Origin: the human T2T-CHM13v2.0 reference genome, Homo sapiens
NCBI RefSeq assembly: GCF_009914755.1
Contig: NC_060927.1
DNA: 64,000 nucleotides
Strand: one strand, 5' to 3'
Shown: positions 1 to 11,700 of the stretch, piece by piece
How the letters are laid out: every line of letters begins with the position of its first letter
Numbering within the stretch: the stretch's first letter is position 1
Made by a program: the position numbers and the translations under genes
The notes under the pieces: model-generated
The model's database searches: none
What the model was told of the DNA's origin: nothing
What the model saw: the letters and a program-made list of their open reading frames with translations, nothing else

Positions 1-202
1 GATCCTCCCAACTAAGCCTCTGGAGTGGCTGGGACTACAAGTATGCACCACCATACCCAGCTAATATTTTTTAATTTTTTATATTTATAGAGACAGTCTT
101 GCTATATTGCTCAGGCTAGTCTTGATCTCCTGACCTTAAGCAATCCTCATACCTCAGTCTTTTAAGCGCTGGGATTACAGATGTGAGTCACCATGCCTGG
201 CC
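1..202 (-). mobile_element. Alu (AluJ-like), cut by window start
   Basis: Antisense Alu motifs gctgggactaca, cagctaat-T-rich linker, gctgggattacagatgtgagtcaccatgcctggcc; high divergence suggests AluJ. Confidence 0.9.
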
Positions 203-349
203 CTGAGACTGCTTTCTGTACTTCCTTAGAATTCCCTTCTGTGTGCAGCCTGCTGCGCAAAGGGGCCCAGTGGGCACATCTTTGTTTTGAAGAGGTGAGT
301 CCTCTGGATTGTAGTCAGAATCTTTCACAGTCCTGGGTGTTAGAACGAG

Positions 350-823
350 CAGCAGTTCTCAAAGTAAAGTCTAAGAATCCCTGAGGGTTACTAAAATGGT
401 TGTAGGGATTCCACAAGGTCCCTGTCTTTGCCAATTTAAGTATCTGTGTGCCTGATTGTTTCATATATTTCAACCAAACCAATATATTCCAACAGATTAA
501 ATGCAAAAGCAGATGTTTGATTCCAGCTGTCTTCCAGTAAGCTAGAGGTTAAAGAGGTTTACAAAATGTAAAACAATGCTACTCTTCTCAGTATATTTTC
601 TTGGTTTTTGAAAATAAAAGTGTTTTTAATAAAAATATTTATATTAAGATATGAGTTTATTATTTTAAATATACTGATAATAAATATTTTAATTTTTTTG
701 CTTTTTTTCCTAATATTATAGCTATAGAGAGCTATATCACACATCAATATGAGCCCTTGAGGGTACTCAATAATTTTTAAAAGTGTAAAGTTGTTCTGAG
801 ACCAAAAAGTTTAAGAAATGCGG
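350..823. mobile_element. hAT-Charlie-type DNA transposon fossil
   Basis: Degenerate terminal inverted repeats cagcagttctcaaa ... tttaagaaatgcgg; internal aaaatgtaaaacaatgctactcttctca matches a Charlie-family motif. Confidence 0.65.
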
Positions 824-2899
824 GTATAGTGGCTTTAAATTTTGAAATTTTACTTATTTTTAATTGCTCAGGCAGCTGGTCTTCACTCACTATATGGCTT
901 CTGTACAAAATTGATGGTATCATCCTTCTGCGGGGTTGATTTGAGCAGTAAGATTCCAGAAAATTGTTTTACGCTTTTTTTTTTTTTTTAAACACTGGTT
1001 GGGGTGAGAGTATATAAAATTGTGTGTTTGTTTGTGTGTATATTTGTGTACACCAATTCTACCACTTAATAAACACATTCCAATTGAAACTTGAGGAATG
1101 AGCAAGGGTAAAAATAGAAGATGAATTCAATAGGGATGGATATAAGTTGGGACGTTTACTTGCAAAGTCACAAAGACAAGTGCCTAAGAGAAACGATGTT
1201 GACTACAGAACCCATGCTCCTTTTATACGAGCAAATAACAGAGAAATTTATTTTGGGATTCTCTGACTTCTTTCCCTCGTTTGTTGTTATTTTGGGAGGC
1301 CATCCAAATTGTCTTTAGCTTTATGTATAATCCCAAACACCAATCAAAACTCTCCAAATGAGCATGGCAAAGCTTGAGCCATGGCAAGATTTTCTTTCTT
1401 GCTTAAGATGGCAGGTAAGAATCCAGAAAAGCCAGATGTAGTATTTGAACCCAATTTTCCTCAGCAAGAAGGCAGCTTCCATAATTCTAAAAAGACTCCA
1501 TGATACCTCATGCTAAAGTGTTTACGTCTTGCACCCATCTCTGAGTCTTTAGAGGATACCGTCTCTGAGGAACCCAATAAGAGAGCCCACCTGGACTCAG
1601 CCAGGCCACTGAAGAGGCAGCTTCTGAATGCTAGCCAAATTCTGACCATTGTGTTCCAGCAGCTTCATTTCCCAATGGCCCAAGATTCCCTTCGAGAAAC
1701 AAGGACAAGAACCAAACATAAGTTGTTTTGAGAAGAAAGCTATTTCATGCAGATTCCTAATCCCCTCTTCATGAAAAAATGGAATTTATACTTGTTTACC
1801 CATCTGTGTTCTTGCCAGAGAAGAGAAGTCACACCAGCTCTGTGGAAGGCATTAATCCCCTGGCTAAATCCTTGCAGATATGTTTTCAAACAGGCCTGAA
1901 ATATGAACCCTGGTTCCCCCTGTGTATTGCTGCAGTGACCTGAGAACTCTCCTCAGGGAGCTAGATACTAGAAGGCAGGCTGAGCCAGAAGCCATCTTCA
2001 TGCGCAACTGCAAAACTCGTATTTCCCAAACAAGAGGTTTTCTTCAGCTTCCCTAAACCTCATATTACCTTCCTTTCGGCAAGAGGTGCCCACCCCCCAC
2101 AAATTAATGGTCTGGGTAAAGAGGAAGATTATGACAATAATAACAATGACAACAATGATGATGTTGACAGTGATATAATCGGTTTACTAAATCATGCAAT
2201 ATTGTATTTTGTATGTTTTTTTTTCCCAATCACTTTACTGTCCTGTAACAATACTCCAGGAAGATTATATAATTATATGGTTACTTTCAGTTACTATAAG
2301 CTTATATCTAGGACAGCTGAGTGTATTCAGCTAAATCAGACATCTAATCTACTTCCCCTTTTGCTGGCACCCCTATCTTTATGGACTGCTCTCTTGATGC
2401 CCCCCACCTTTTCTCTACTCAGGAGAGAGGGAAGTATCCCTCCCCTGTCTCACAGAGAAAAACCATGGCCCATCCTACTAAGCTAAAGATCTGCCTAATG
2501 TCTAAAAGTTCTTTTGCCCTTATCCTAGTCTTTTTATTATGTCTGTGTCTTATTTATTCACTGCTGGATCCTAGGCACCTAATACAGTACCTGTCACAGA
2601 ATAGGTCAATGGATATTTGTTGAATCAGTGATGGATTGAATGTCCTTGACCAGGGAAGGGATCCTGGGGAATGCAGGAGATTAGCAAAACCAGTCTGGCT
2701 GCCCACACTTAATAAGCCCTAGAAGGACTATCAGGCCTCCAATTCTTTTCAGCTTCATTTGGATTATGAGGCTAGCGTCCCGTCCCATTTTACTTCATAC
2801 CTCTTTTAATCTTCAGTCTTTGGTTAATTTTCCAATTCTGGGGCATCAGGAATGTTAGGCTGGACATTCTGTTGCAATAACATGCTAAAAACAACTCCT

Positions 2900-3065
2900 A
2901 TTTGCTCAGCCCATGCTGTGTCCCAGGAACTGTGCATGTGTTACCTTAATTTCTTACCACCACCCTGTAAGGTAGGGATTATAGTCTCCATTTTCACATG
3001 AAGCAACTAAATCAGATAGAGTTTAGGAAAGGTGTTCAAGAAACAACCAGGAAGCAGCAGAGTTG
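2900..3065 (-). mobile_element. MIR SINE fragment
   Basis: caccctgtaaggtagggattatagtctccattttcacatgaagcaact resembles antisense MIR core. Confidence 0.6.
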
Positions 3066-3315
3066 AAAAGTTTGAAACAGTCATGTCTCAACTTTTTGTG
3101 TATCACTAGTTTTCAAAGTGACTATGTGTGGAAATATAAAAGACCGTATAAATTAATGAATACCTTGAAATACATATTTTTAACCACTGTTTTTATTTTG
3201 TTACCGCTCTCTATACAGCTGTGCTGTCTTTCTTAAGTAAAACAACACCAAGTAAATTAATAAATATATCTAAACTTCAATACCTTTGAGACACAATTGC
3301 TGCATTCATATTCTG

Positions 3316-3370
3316 CCTCTCTGTCTCTGTCTCTCTCTCTCTTTCTCTCTCTCTCTCTCCCTCTCTCTCT
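3316..3370. repeat. (CT)n microsatellite, imperfect
   Basis: Visible ctctctgtctctgtctctctct... tract. Confidence 0.9.
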
Positions 3371-3713
3371 TTTAGTTGAGAAGAATTAGTTTAAACTCAA
3401 TTCATGGCTTATATATTAAATTTACGTATTATTTTTTACATAATATAACATCTATGAACTCACCACCTAATAATCCAAGAACTATAGTATCACCTGTAAG
3501 TAGTATCTACCTATGTGTGTTCCTTCCCAAACCCAACACCCTATCAAATTTCAATTCTCCACATGGCACCTCCATCCTCTTTCTTGAAGTAATCATTTCT
3601 TTGCCTTTCTTAATTTTCGCTGCATTCTCCAACAATGCAATGAGACAGAATAAACCTTTCTACCTTTATCTGGTTAGTCTTTGAAAGAATGAATTTGTTG
3701 CCTAGTAAATAAC

Positions 3714-4152
3714 TGTGATGGTTAATATTGAGTGTCAACTTGATTGGATTGAAGGATGCAAAGTATTGTTCCTGGGTGTGTCTGTGAGGGTGTTGTCAAA
3801 AAGGATTAACATCTGGGTCAGTGGAGCGGGAGAAACACACCTATCCTCAATCTGAGTGGGCACAATCTAATCAGCAGCCAGAATAAAAACAGGCAGAAGA
3901 ACATGAAAAGACTAGACTGGCTTAGCCACCCAGCCTACATCTTTCTCCCATGCTGGATGCTTCCTGCTCTCAAACATCAGACCTCCAAGTTCTTCAGCTT
4001 TGGAACTCAGACTGGCTTCCTTGTTCCTCGGCTTGCAGATAGCCCATTGTGGGACCTCACCTTGTGATCGTGTGAGTCAATACTCCTTAACTCCCTTTTA
4101 TATATTTATCTATCCTATTAGTTCTGTCCTCTAGAGAATCCTAACTAATACA
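3714..4152 (+). mobile_element. MLT2A (MLT2A1-sized) solo LTR of HERV-L
   Basis: Starts tgtgatggttaatattgagtgtcaacttgattggattgaagg and ends ctagagaatcctaactaataca; 439 bp; 5-bp TSD ataac/ataaa (4/5 match). Confidence 0.9.
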
Positions 4153-4947
4153 ATAAATATTTCCAGCTTTTTTCCCTGAAACTATACTGTTCTTTAGGAT
4201 TTAAAAATCACCAAACGTTTTAAACTCCAGCTAGTCTTTCATAAAGAAAAAAATCGTAATGACCTAGACTTGAAATCTTAGTCATCTCTGATTTCACCCC
4301 TTCCTCATATTCTGACTCTTTATTGGTATGTATTTAAAACATATGTTTATAATCCTGACTTGAAGCAACCTAACGTGGGTCTATTATCTAATTCTACCTG
4401 GCTTCAAACTATTTTACTAAGGGATGTTAGGTTACCAATTTCCTAGCTAAGCCCAAGGCTGCAAAGACATAGACTTTGGGGACATGAAGCTGCTTGGTTT
4501 CCAGGATCTGTAACTTTTTGAACCATAGGCTCCCTATATGTGGCCATAAGAATAATTTGACCTCTGATACACCCAGGGCAGCTGGTGTAACCATAGCACC
4601 ACACTTAGTAATCATGCCACTCATGATTATACAAAAAGGCAACTATTTAGAGAACCAGTTTTGTTCTCCCCACAGTGTCACAGCAGTTAACAGTTTGATA
4701 GACAAAGAGTGATTGTTTCATAGCCTATCTAAATCATAATAAGCATCCTACTAATATTAATTCTTTTCAGAATCCTTGAGTAATGTTTTCAGCATTATAA
4801 TTCCAACTATAGGAAAACAACCAGGATTTGAGTAACCTTTAATGATTAAGCATTATATAAAATTTAATTAAATTCTTCTCGGGCTGTTAAGTGTTGGGCT
4901 AGACAGAGCACTCTCAAAGGCTAACACATTTTTAAGAATATGTGTCT

Positions 4948-5408
4948 ACATTAGGCCAGTTTCTCCAAGCAAAGTCTGAGAGATTTGTTCAGCTGCAAAT
5001 GATTAATTGAGGGAAGTATTCTTAAGAGAAAAATGCTAACAGAGTCAAAGAACCAAATTAAGGAAAGGGACAGACTTGAACAAGCATCTCAGGTAATGTC
5101 AAGCACTGGCCTGACCACCCCCATACCCAAGCAGGGGTGGGCTCTAGACAAGACCACATATTGCATCTCTAAGGCAAGGGACCTAGGCTTTTATACCCCC
5201 AAAAAGTCCATCATTGGCTAAGACTCAGGTCTTGGAATAGTGGGTATTAACTTCTCAAGCATCTCTGAATGAGGTGGTTCACTCAGCCAAGGGCAATTTC
5301 CCAGAGAAAGTCACAGGTAAATCTATCAGCTGCAGCACTTGCAACAGCCACAGATGGGTGCACCAGTGGGAGAATGAAATCTGGGGGAGGGGCCAACAGT
5401 GTCTACCA
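4948..5408. mobile_element. Old MaLR LTR (MLT1J/K-like)
   Basis: attaggccagtttctccaagcaaagtctgagag ... gggccaacagtgtctaccac resemble MLT1 termini. Confidence 0.55.
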
Positions 5409-5609
5409 CCACATCTAATACTCATAAACCTTAAACTCTTACAACTTTAGTCCCAGTACCCCAGAAACTCACTGCATTTTTCCTACAAATCCACAATTCT
5501 CCCCCCCAAAAAAAATGAAGAGAAAAAAAACAACGAATTCGTGACATTGAACAGGGACATAATACATTGAGTCACACAGTAGGTAAGTTTAAACTTAACT
5601 TTCTGAATT

Positions 5610-6115
5610 GTAATGGATATCATGTACCTACCAATAGGATTTGGCTAGAAAGGAACTTTACCTCTGTGGTCTTTCCAAAAACCCACAACCCCAGTCTAAT
5701 CATGAGAAAAACATCAGACTAATCCTGACTGGGGTCATTCTACAGGATACCTGGCCAACACTCCTCAAGGCTGTAAAGGTAAAGAAAAACAAGGGAAGCC
5801 TCAGAAACTGTCACAGACCAGTGGAGACTGGGGAGACATATGACAACTAAATGCAGTATGGTACCCTGAATTGGACCCTGGAACAAAATAAAAAAAGGGA
5901 GTTAATGGAAAAACTAGTAAAATCCAAAGAAAGTTAGCAGTTCAGTTAATAGTAATATGTAATGCTGATATCTTAGTTTTGACAAATATATCATGGTAAA
6001 TTAAGATGTTAACCATAGTGAAACTGGGTGTGGGGTATGTGGCCATTCTTCGTCCTATCTTTGCAACTATTCTGTGAACCTAAAATTATTCCAAAATGAA
6101 AAGTTTTTTAAAAAA
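5610..6115 (+). mobile_element. Old L1 (L1MC/L1MD) 3' UTR fragment
   Basis: acaaccccagtctaatcatgagaaaacatcagac, gaccctggaaca and tttgcaactattctgtgaacctaaaattattccaaaatgaaaag are typical of L1MC 3' ends. Confidence 0.7.
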
Positions 6116-6489
6116 TATCTAATTAAAACCAACAATAACAAAAGGCAACAGAGAAGTTGCCCCACTCTTGTCCTCTCATTACATCAGCCTCAGTATTATT
6201 TTAATTAAGAAGCATAAGATTCACACCATTTTCGAAGGGTACTTTGAATCACATTTATTGCCCTTACTTTGACATCTGACTCAGCTGAGAGAAAAAAGAA
6301 AAGAAAAAGAAGGAAGGAAGAGAGGAAGGGAGAAAGGGGAAAGAAGATGCTGACCCCAAGAGAATTATGCAAATTGGCTGAGGCAGCTAGTTGTTGAGAT
6401 GGCAGCCAGAGCAAGATGAGGCCCCATGGTTTTGGAATGCTCCCCTAATGGTGCCCTAATCCTGTGAACTCTATCTCAGCATTCACACC

Positions 6490-6970
6490 TCCCCATTCAG
6501 GCCTTTATCATGTCACAACTGAACCACTCCCACAGCCTCCCAACTAGCTTCTCTTTCCCCCTCCATCCTGGAGGCACTCACAACCTCTACCATTCCACCA
6601 CCTATACCTGACCTGACCTATCTTTCGCTAGTGATTCTCTTACTCTAGTCAACTAGGTAACTCTGCACACAGCCCATGATTTCTCAACCCACTGGGTACA
6701 TTCTCCTCCTGGAATGCTCTCCCCACACATTTGTTTAAAAGCCACTTAGAGTTTCATGAAATCTCCCCTGATCTTCAGAGATGGAAGGGATTTCTCCCTC
6801 CTTTAATCTTTTTTAGTGCTTCTAATTATCTTGGTGTTTGCCCTATCTCCCTTACTAGATTGTGTGCTATTTGAAGACAAGACCACACTTCATCATCTTC
6901 CTATTCCTTACAACTTTTCTGTGGAATTAGGTCGTGCATTCAGTAAGGCATCAGAAAGATTTATTGACTT
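6490..6970 (+). mobile_element. L2 fragments
   Basis: cctggaatgctctcccc and ttactagattgtgtgctatttgaagacaag resemble L2 3' motifs. Confidence 0.45.
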
Positions 6971-7099
6971 GATATGTCCCCCAAAAATTCAATTTAGTTC
7001 AGCCAATATTTTTGAATGCCTAATCTATGTAGGTACTTAGAATTGTTCTATGTCTAGATTAGCTCAATTTTTTCAATAATTTTTCCTTAGCCAATATAA

Positions 7100-7270
7100 T
7101 AACGCTTTCATGCACTTTCTCTTGTGCCAAGCCATGTGCTGTACACTTTATATGAATTATCTTATTTGATTTTCGCCCAACTCTATAGTACAGATTATTT
7201 TATTACATCCATTTATGAGGTGACTAAAAATAATGGAGATTAAGCATTTAGCCAAAGTCACTCAAATTTG
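7100..7270 (-). mobile_element. MIR fragment
   Basis: gtgccaagccatgtgctgtacactttatatgaattatcttatttgat ... ccaaagtcac. Confidence 0.55.
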
Positions 7271-7499
7271 AGTTTAATTCCCACTACTATGATTTACTGT
7301 CAAGTTCTGAATGCAATGACTCTACAATGTCCTCAGCAGATCAAAGCCTCAATGACTGTATCCTGGCTGAAATGCTAGTTTACTTGCAGAATATTAATAG
7401 CTAAATTAATAGATTAGGTTTATAGGAGATAGACCTTAAATTCTGCCTGCAGTGAATGATTATGGAAATTCTTTCCCTCAAATTATTTAAAAACAGAGC

Positions 7500-7872
7500 C
7501 AATTTCTCTGCTCTTGGGAATATAAGTTGACATAACCTTCCCAGAAAGCAATTTGTCAATACATAGAACAACACTATTTTTAAAGTGTGTTACCTTTGAT
7601 CCAGCATTTCTACTTCTCAGAGTTAGCCTTAAAGAACCAATTAACAATATATGCAAATATTTTGCCACAAGGTTTTTACATTAACATTGTTTACGACAAC
7701 AAAAACTAGTAAATATCTAAATGTCCAACAAGAAGAGACACAGTAACTAAGTTATGCTCCATCCATACAAAGAAACACCAGGTAGCCATTGAATGTTACG
7801 AACAGGCATAGGCATAAAGAAATGATATTATAAGTTAATTTTTAAAAGCAATTTACAAGCGTGTATAATATC
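7500..7872 (+). mobile_element. Ancient L1ME ORF2-end/3' fragment, interrupted by the provirus (probably resumes after 14725)
   Basis: tttgatccagcatttctacttctcagag (PFDPAI-like) ... ctaaatgtccaaca ... catccatacaa. Confidence 0.6.
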
Positions 7873-7876
7873 ATTT

Positions 7877-8233
7877 TGTTAAAAGTGAAGGGTATACAGG
7901 ATCTTGGCATCTTGAACAAAGAATTGGACAAAATGCACAAACAAAGCAAGAAAGGGATGAAGTGATTTACTTAAAATGAAAGTACACTCCACAGTGTGGG
8001 AGTGGGTCTAAGCATAGGAGCTCAAAGGCCCTGTTACAGAATTTTGGGGAGTTTAAATACCCCTAGAGGATTCCATTGGTTACTTCGGGTATGCCCTATG
8101 TAAATGGAGAAGATGAAGTAAAGTTACAAAGTCATTTATGGCATATGCCCTATGGAGAGGACATTTCCTGTTATAGCTGAAGTGTGAATCGGCCTTATAT
8201 TCCCCTGCCTCCAGACCCTATTTTCCTGCCTCA
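7877..8233 (-). mobile_element. 3' LTR of provirus (MER51B-like)
   Basis: Minus strand begins tgaggcaggaaaatagggtctggaggcagggg; preceded on the minus strand by purine tract caggggggaga. Confidence 0.85.
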
Positions 8234-8491
8234 TCTCCCCCCTGAGAGATGTGATCCCCATAAATCTTTATGGGAGGCAGAGGGACTGATGGTTTTCTCT
8301 TGTAACTACTTCATGCTGGCTTGGGGCATAGTCCCTACCTATTGGGGATCACGGAACTCTTGCCCTGTTATGGCTAGTGGAGGCAGGGTAGCTTCTTGAT
8401 GGCCAGGGGTGATGGCTTCACCTGGAATTGGCTGGAACCTTTGTTGCATGACCATCTGAAGCTTGATAGTCTCTAGGCAGGAGGAAATGAC

Positions 8492-8779
8492 TTTTCTTTT
8501 TTTTTGATACAGAGTCTCACTCTGTCACCCAGGCTGGAGTGCAGTGGTGCAATCTTGGCTCACTGCAAACTGCCTCCTGGGTTCAAGAAATTCTCTGCCT
8601 CAGCCTCCTGAGTAGCTGGGATTACAGAAGCCCACCACCACACCCAGCTAATTTTTTTGTATTTTTAGTAGAGATGGGGGTTTCACCATCTTGCCTAGGC
8701 TGGTCTTGAACTCCTGACCTCAGGATCCACCCGCCTCCCAAAGTGCTGGGATTATAGGTGTGAGCCACCATGCCTGGCC
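8492..8779 (-). mobile_element. AluS inserted in provirus internal region
   Basis: Full dimeric Alu; TSD gaggaaatga at 8481-8490 and 8780-8789. Confidence 0.95.
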
Positions 8780-11700
8780 GAGGAAATGAATTTGATTAAA
8801 AAATTTAATGGGAACTTCAGGGGGTGGATACCTATGCTGTTATAGAGATTTGCAGGAGAAAAAACAAAACCTGGTCTGTTCTGGAATCTACGTGTTTCCT
8901 TAAAGTCTTAGCATGAGCAACTCCATTTTGGTTTGGTTTCTCGTGTCCTAGTGCATGAGCTCAGTTCAAAACAATGGTCTCCCATAATTTTGTTTTAGAA
9001 AGTTCTCCATTTTTGGTCAGGCTCTCACTTGGGTGAGAGTGTAACCAAAACTTAGGGCCTTAGCACCACTCTCAGTTATCATCATTTTGGGTTTCTGGTC
9101 TCAGCAAATCATTTATAGGTTATGGTGTTCTCATGGCTGCACATTTCTTTCAGCTCCTGTTATTCCAGTTGAAGAGAGACCATGTGACATTCTAGAGATG
9201 GCCGCATGCAAGCATTTAAAACCTTTGAGAGAATACAGCATACAAGGGAGACTATTATTATGACTATTGGGAGGATAATATCAAGAGTTTGGAGTATGTT
9301 CCTTACCCAAGGTCCCCATAAACCAAACCTCCTAAAATCAAATAGATCAAAGAATGAGCCAGATAAAGAGTTTACTCACTTGACTAAGCAATTTCTTCAT
9401 CAATCCCCTATCACTGAATTTCTATAATCTTCATCTGATGTCTTTCTCCATAGGCCACAAGTGCCAGCAGCTGCACAGATACTTCTCTATTTAGCCAATT
9501 CTGTTATAATTTTCACAAGAGAATTTAGAGTCTACTGTGTAACTGTATCCTTTACAGTAGAATTTGCTATAGAACCTGTCATAAGGGATACATTTCTAAT
9601 CATTGTTTCTTATACTTTAAACCACGGAAAAAGGACCTAACAAATGACGCCCTTTTAGAAGAATGAAGGCCTGCTGGCAATGCTCTCTTTAACCCATAAT
9701 GCTGATTAAGAGGAGTGAACCAATGTATTGTTTTTGACTGATTATGATGCAATACATGTACCATTAAAGTTTCTTACCTACATTAGGCCTTCATCATTTA
9801 TCTATCAAAGTATAAGGTTATCCATGTCTAAGGCTGGCTCCAAACTTCTTCACAAATAAAAGTATACCACATCAGTGCACATAACAGACCCCTTTTCCAC
9901 TTCTATTGTTCACAGAGGCATAAGCAAGAAAAAATATTCAAAGACAAGAGTTTCATGATAATAGAAGTCTTAATCTGTGAACTTGGGAAAAGCTGTTCAC
10001 ATCAAGGATGCCATCCTCTTCTTGGGAGAAATTTTCCTGTTTAGTTTTATCTTAAGAGCCCCAATGGGTGCACAGCTCCAAGAGCATGGAGGGACCCTTC
10101 TCAGTTGTGAGACCATGAACCCAAAGTTCAAGGTCCCAAAGTTTTGTTGTAGTGTGGATGGCAAGGACAGTCTTTTTCTGATGTTTCCAGAAGATTCAAA
10201 CCATAAAAAACTTTCTTTAACTGGGGAAATACAATGTAGCATAATAATCTACTGCTATAACATCAGCCCCCTTGCATGGGAAAGCTTTTATACAACCAGA
10301 AAACATGCATTGGAAATAATAATTGAATGAAATCCCTTTATAAAATGTTTAAATATTAAATGGCCAACCAGGTGACCAAATGTGAAGCTTTAATTGTTTT
10401 CCCAGGAATATGGGATCAAGCATTGGTTATAAACTATTTTAAACAATTTCACTATTCGCTGGTTTAACATGAAAGTATTTTCTTGATATTTAATTAACCG
10501 TTTGGTTTTACTTGAGTTAGTAGCTTTATACAAGGAAATTTGGTTATTTCTGTGGCCTACAATAACTTAACAATAACTATAATTGTGATTGGTGGCATAT
10601 ACTTAGACATTAGAATTTTAGAAATCCCATACAATTTTGGAATATATATTAGTATTATCCACAAAAATGTAATCTAAATAAGATTGAACATCATTTTGGC
10701 AATCCCATGTACCTAAACACAACAAATAATCCTGTTTACCTCTCTTCTGGATGTTTTCAGGGGTCCTATGATCCATCCAGAAAGCCAGGCATTAGGAAAG
10801 ACAATTTTGTAACTGAAGTTTGATTTTGGAATTCCAGATTACCATAAATTATTTATTTTGCCAAAATGATGATTCAGAAATTTTAAAGAAGAAAAACCTT
10901 TTATAACCTTTATAAAAATGGAAACAAAAACATTCTACTCTTTTTACACACCTAACATGTAAAACTGTTTCTAGTAGTCTTAATTGCATGTTACAGTGGT
11001 GACTCAACAATTTTAACTTTAATGTAAAACCTGGTAAGTTATATTCTGATAGGGTTTGACTGTTTACAGTATAGCTAGGGTGTGGACAACTCTGCATGTC
11101 CAGGCCTTACCTAGCTGGAAAGCAGGCAAGTTAAACAATTTTCAAAAGCCAAAGCAGCAGTTTATCACCTTAAAGCATTTAGCAAACCTCATATCTGAAC
11201 ATAATTTAGACCACATGTTAACATTTTGAAGACAATTGTATTTTACCAATAATCTTTAAAACCATCTTTATTTCCAAAAGATTGCTAAAGTCACATGAAG
11301 TAAAAAGCATTGCACTTTCTACTTTTATGACAAAATATTTGATTTAAGCTCTTATTATTAATAAACCAATTAATTAAAACTTTACACAGCAGATAAACAC
11401 TGGCTTTTACTTTATATTTAACCAGTTTGCACAGAGAGAAAGAGGCCAGAGACTAATCGGTAAGAAATTCTTACCCTTTTGCCAGCATGCCAGGTTTCTG
11501 GGTTCTCTCTCCCTGAGCAGCCCTGGCAACCCTGCTTGACTATATGTAAACAAACACACTGCCATGAATTAAGAATACTCACAAATACTTAACAAATTTT
11601 GAGAAATTAGTCAGAGAGAGAGAAATATGACTCAAATACTATTTGTGAGAGTACACTCAATACACTTAAAGTATCAGGAAGCCTAAAATCCAAAAAGTTA

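Noticed and set aside
1-4. Window begins with GATC
   Set aside because: Possibly a Sau3AI/MboI clone end; a technical feature, not biology
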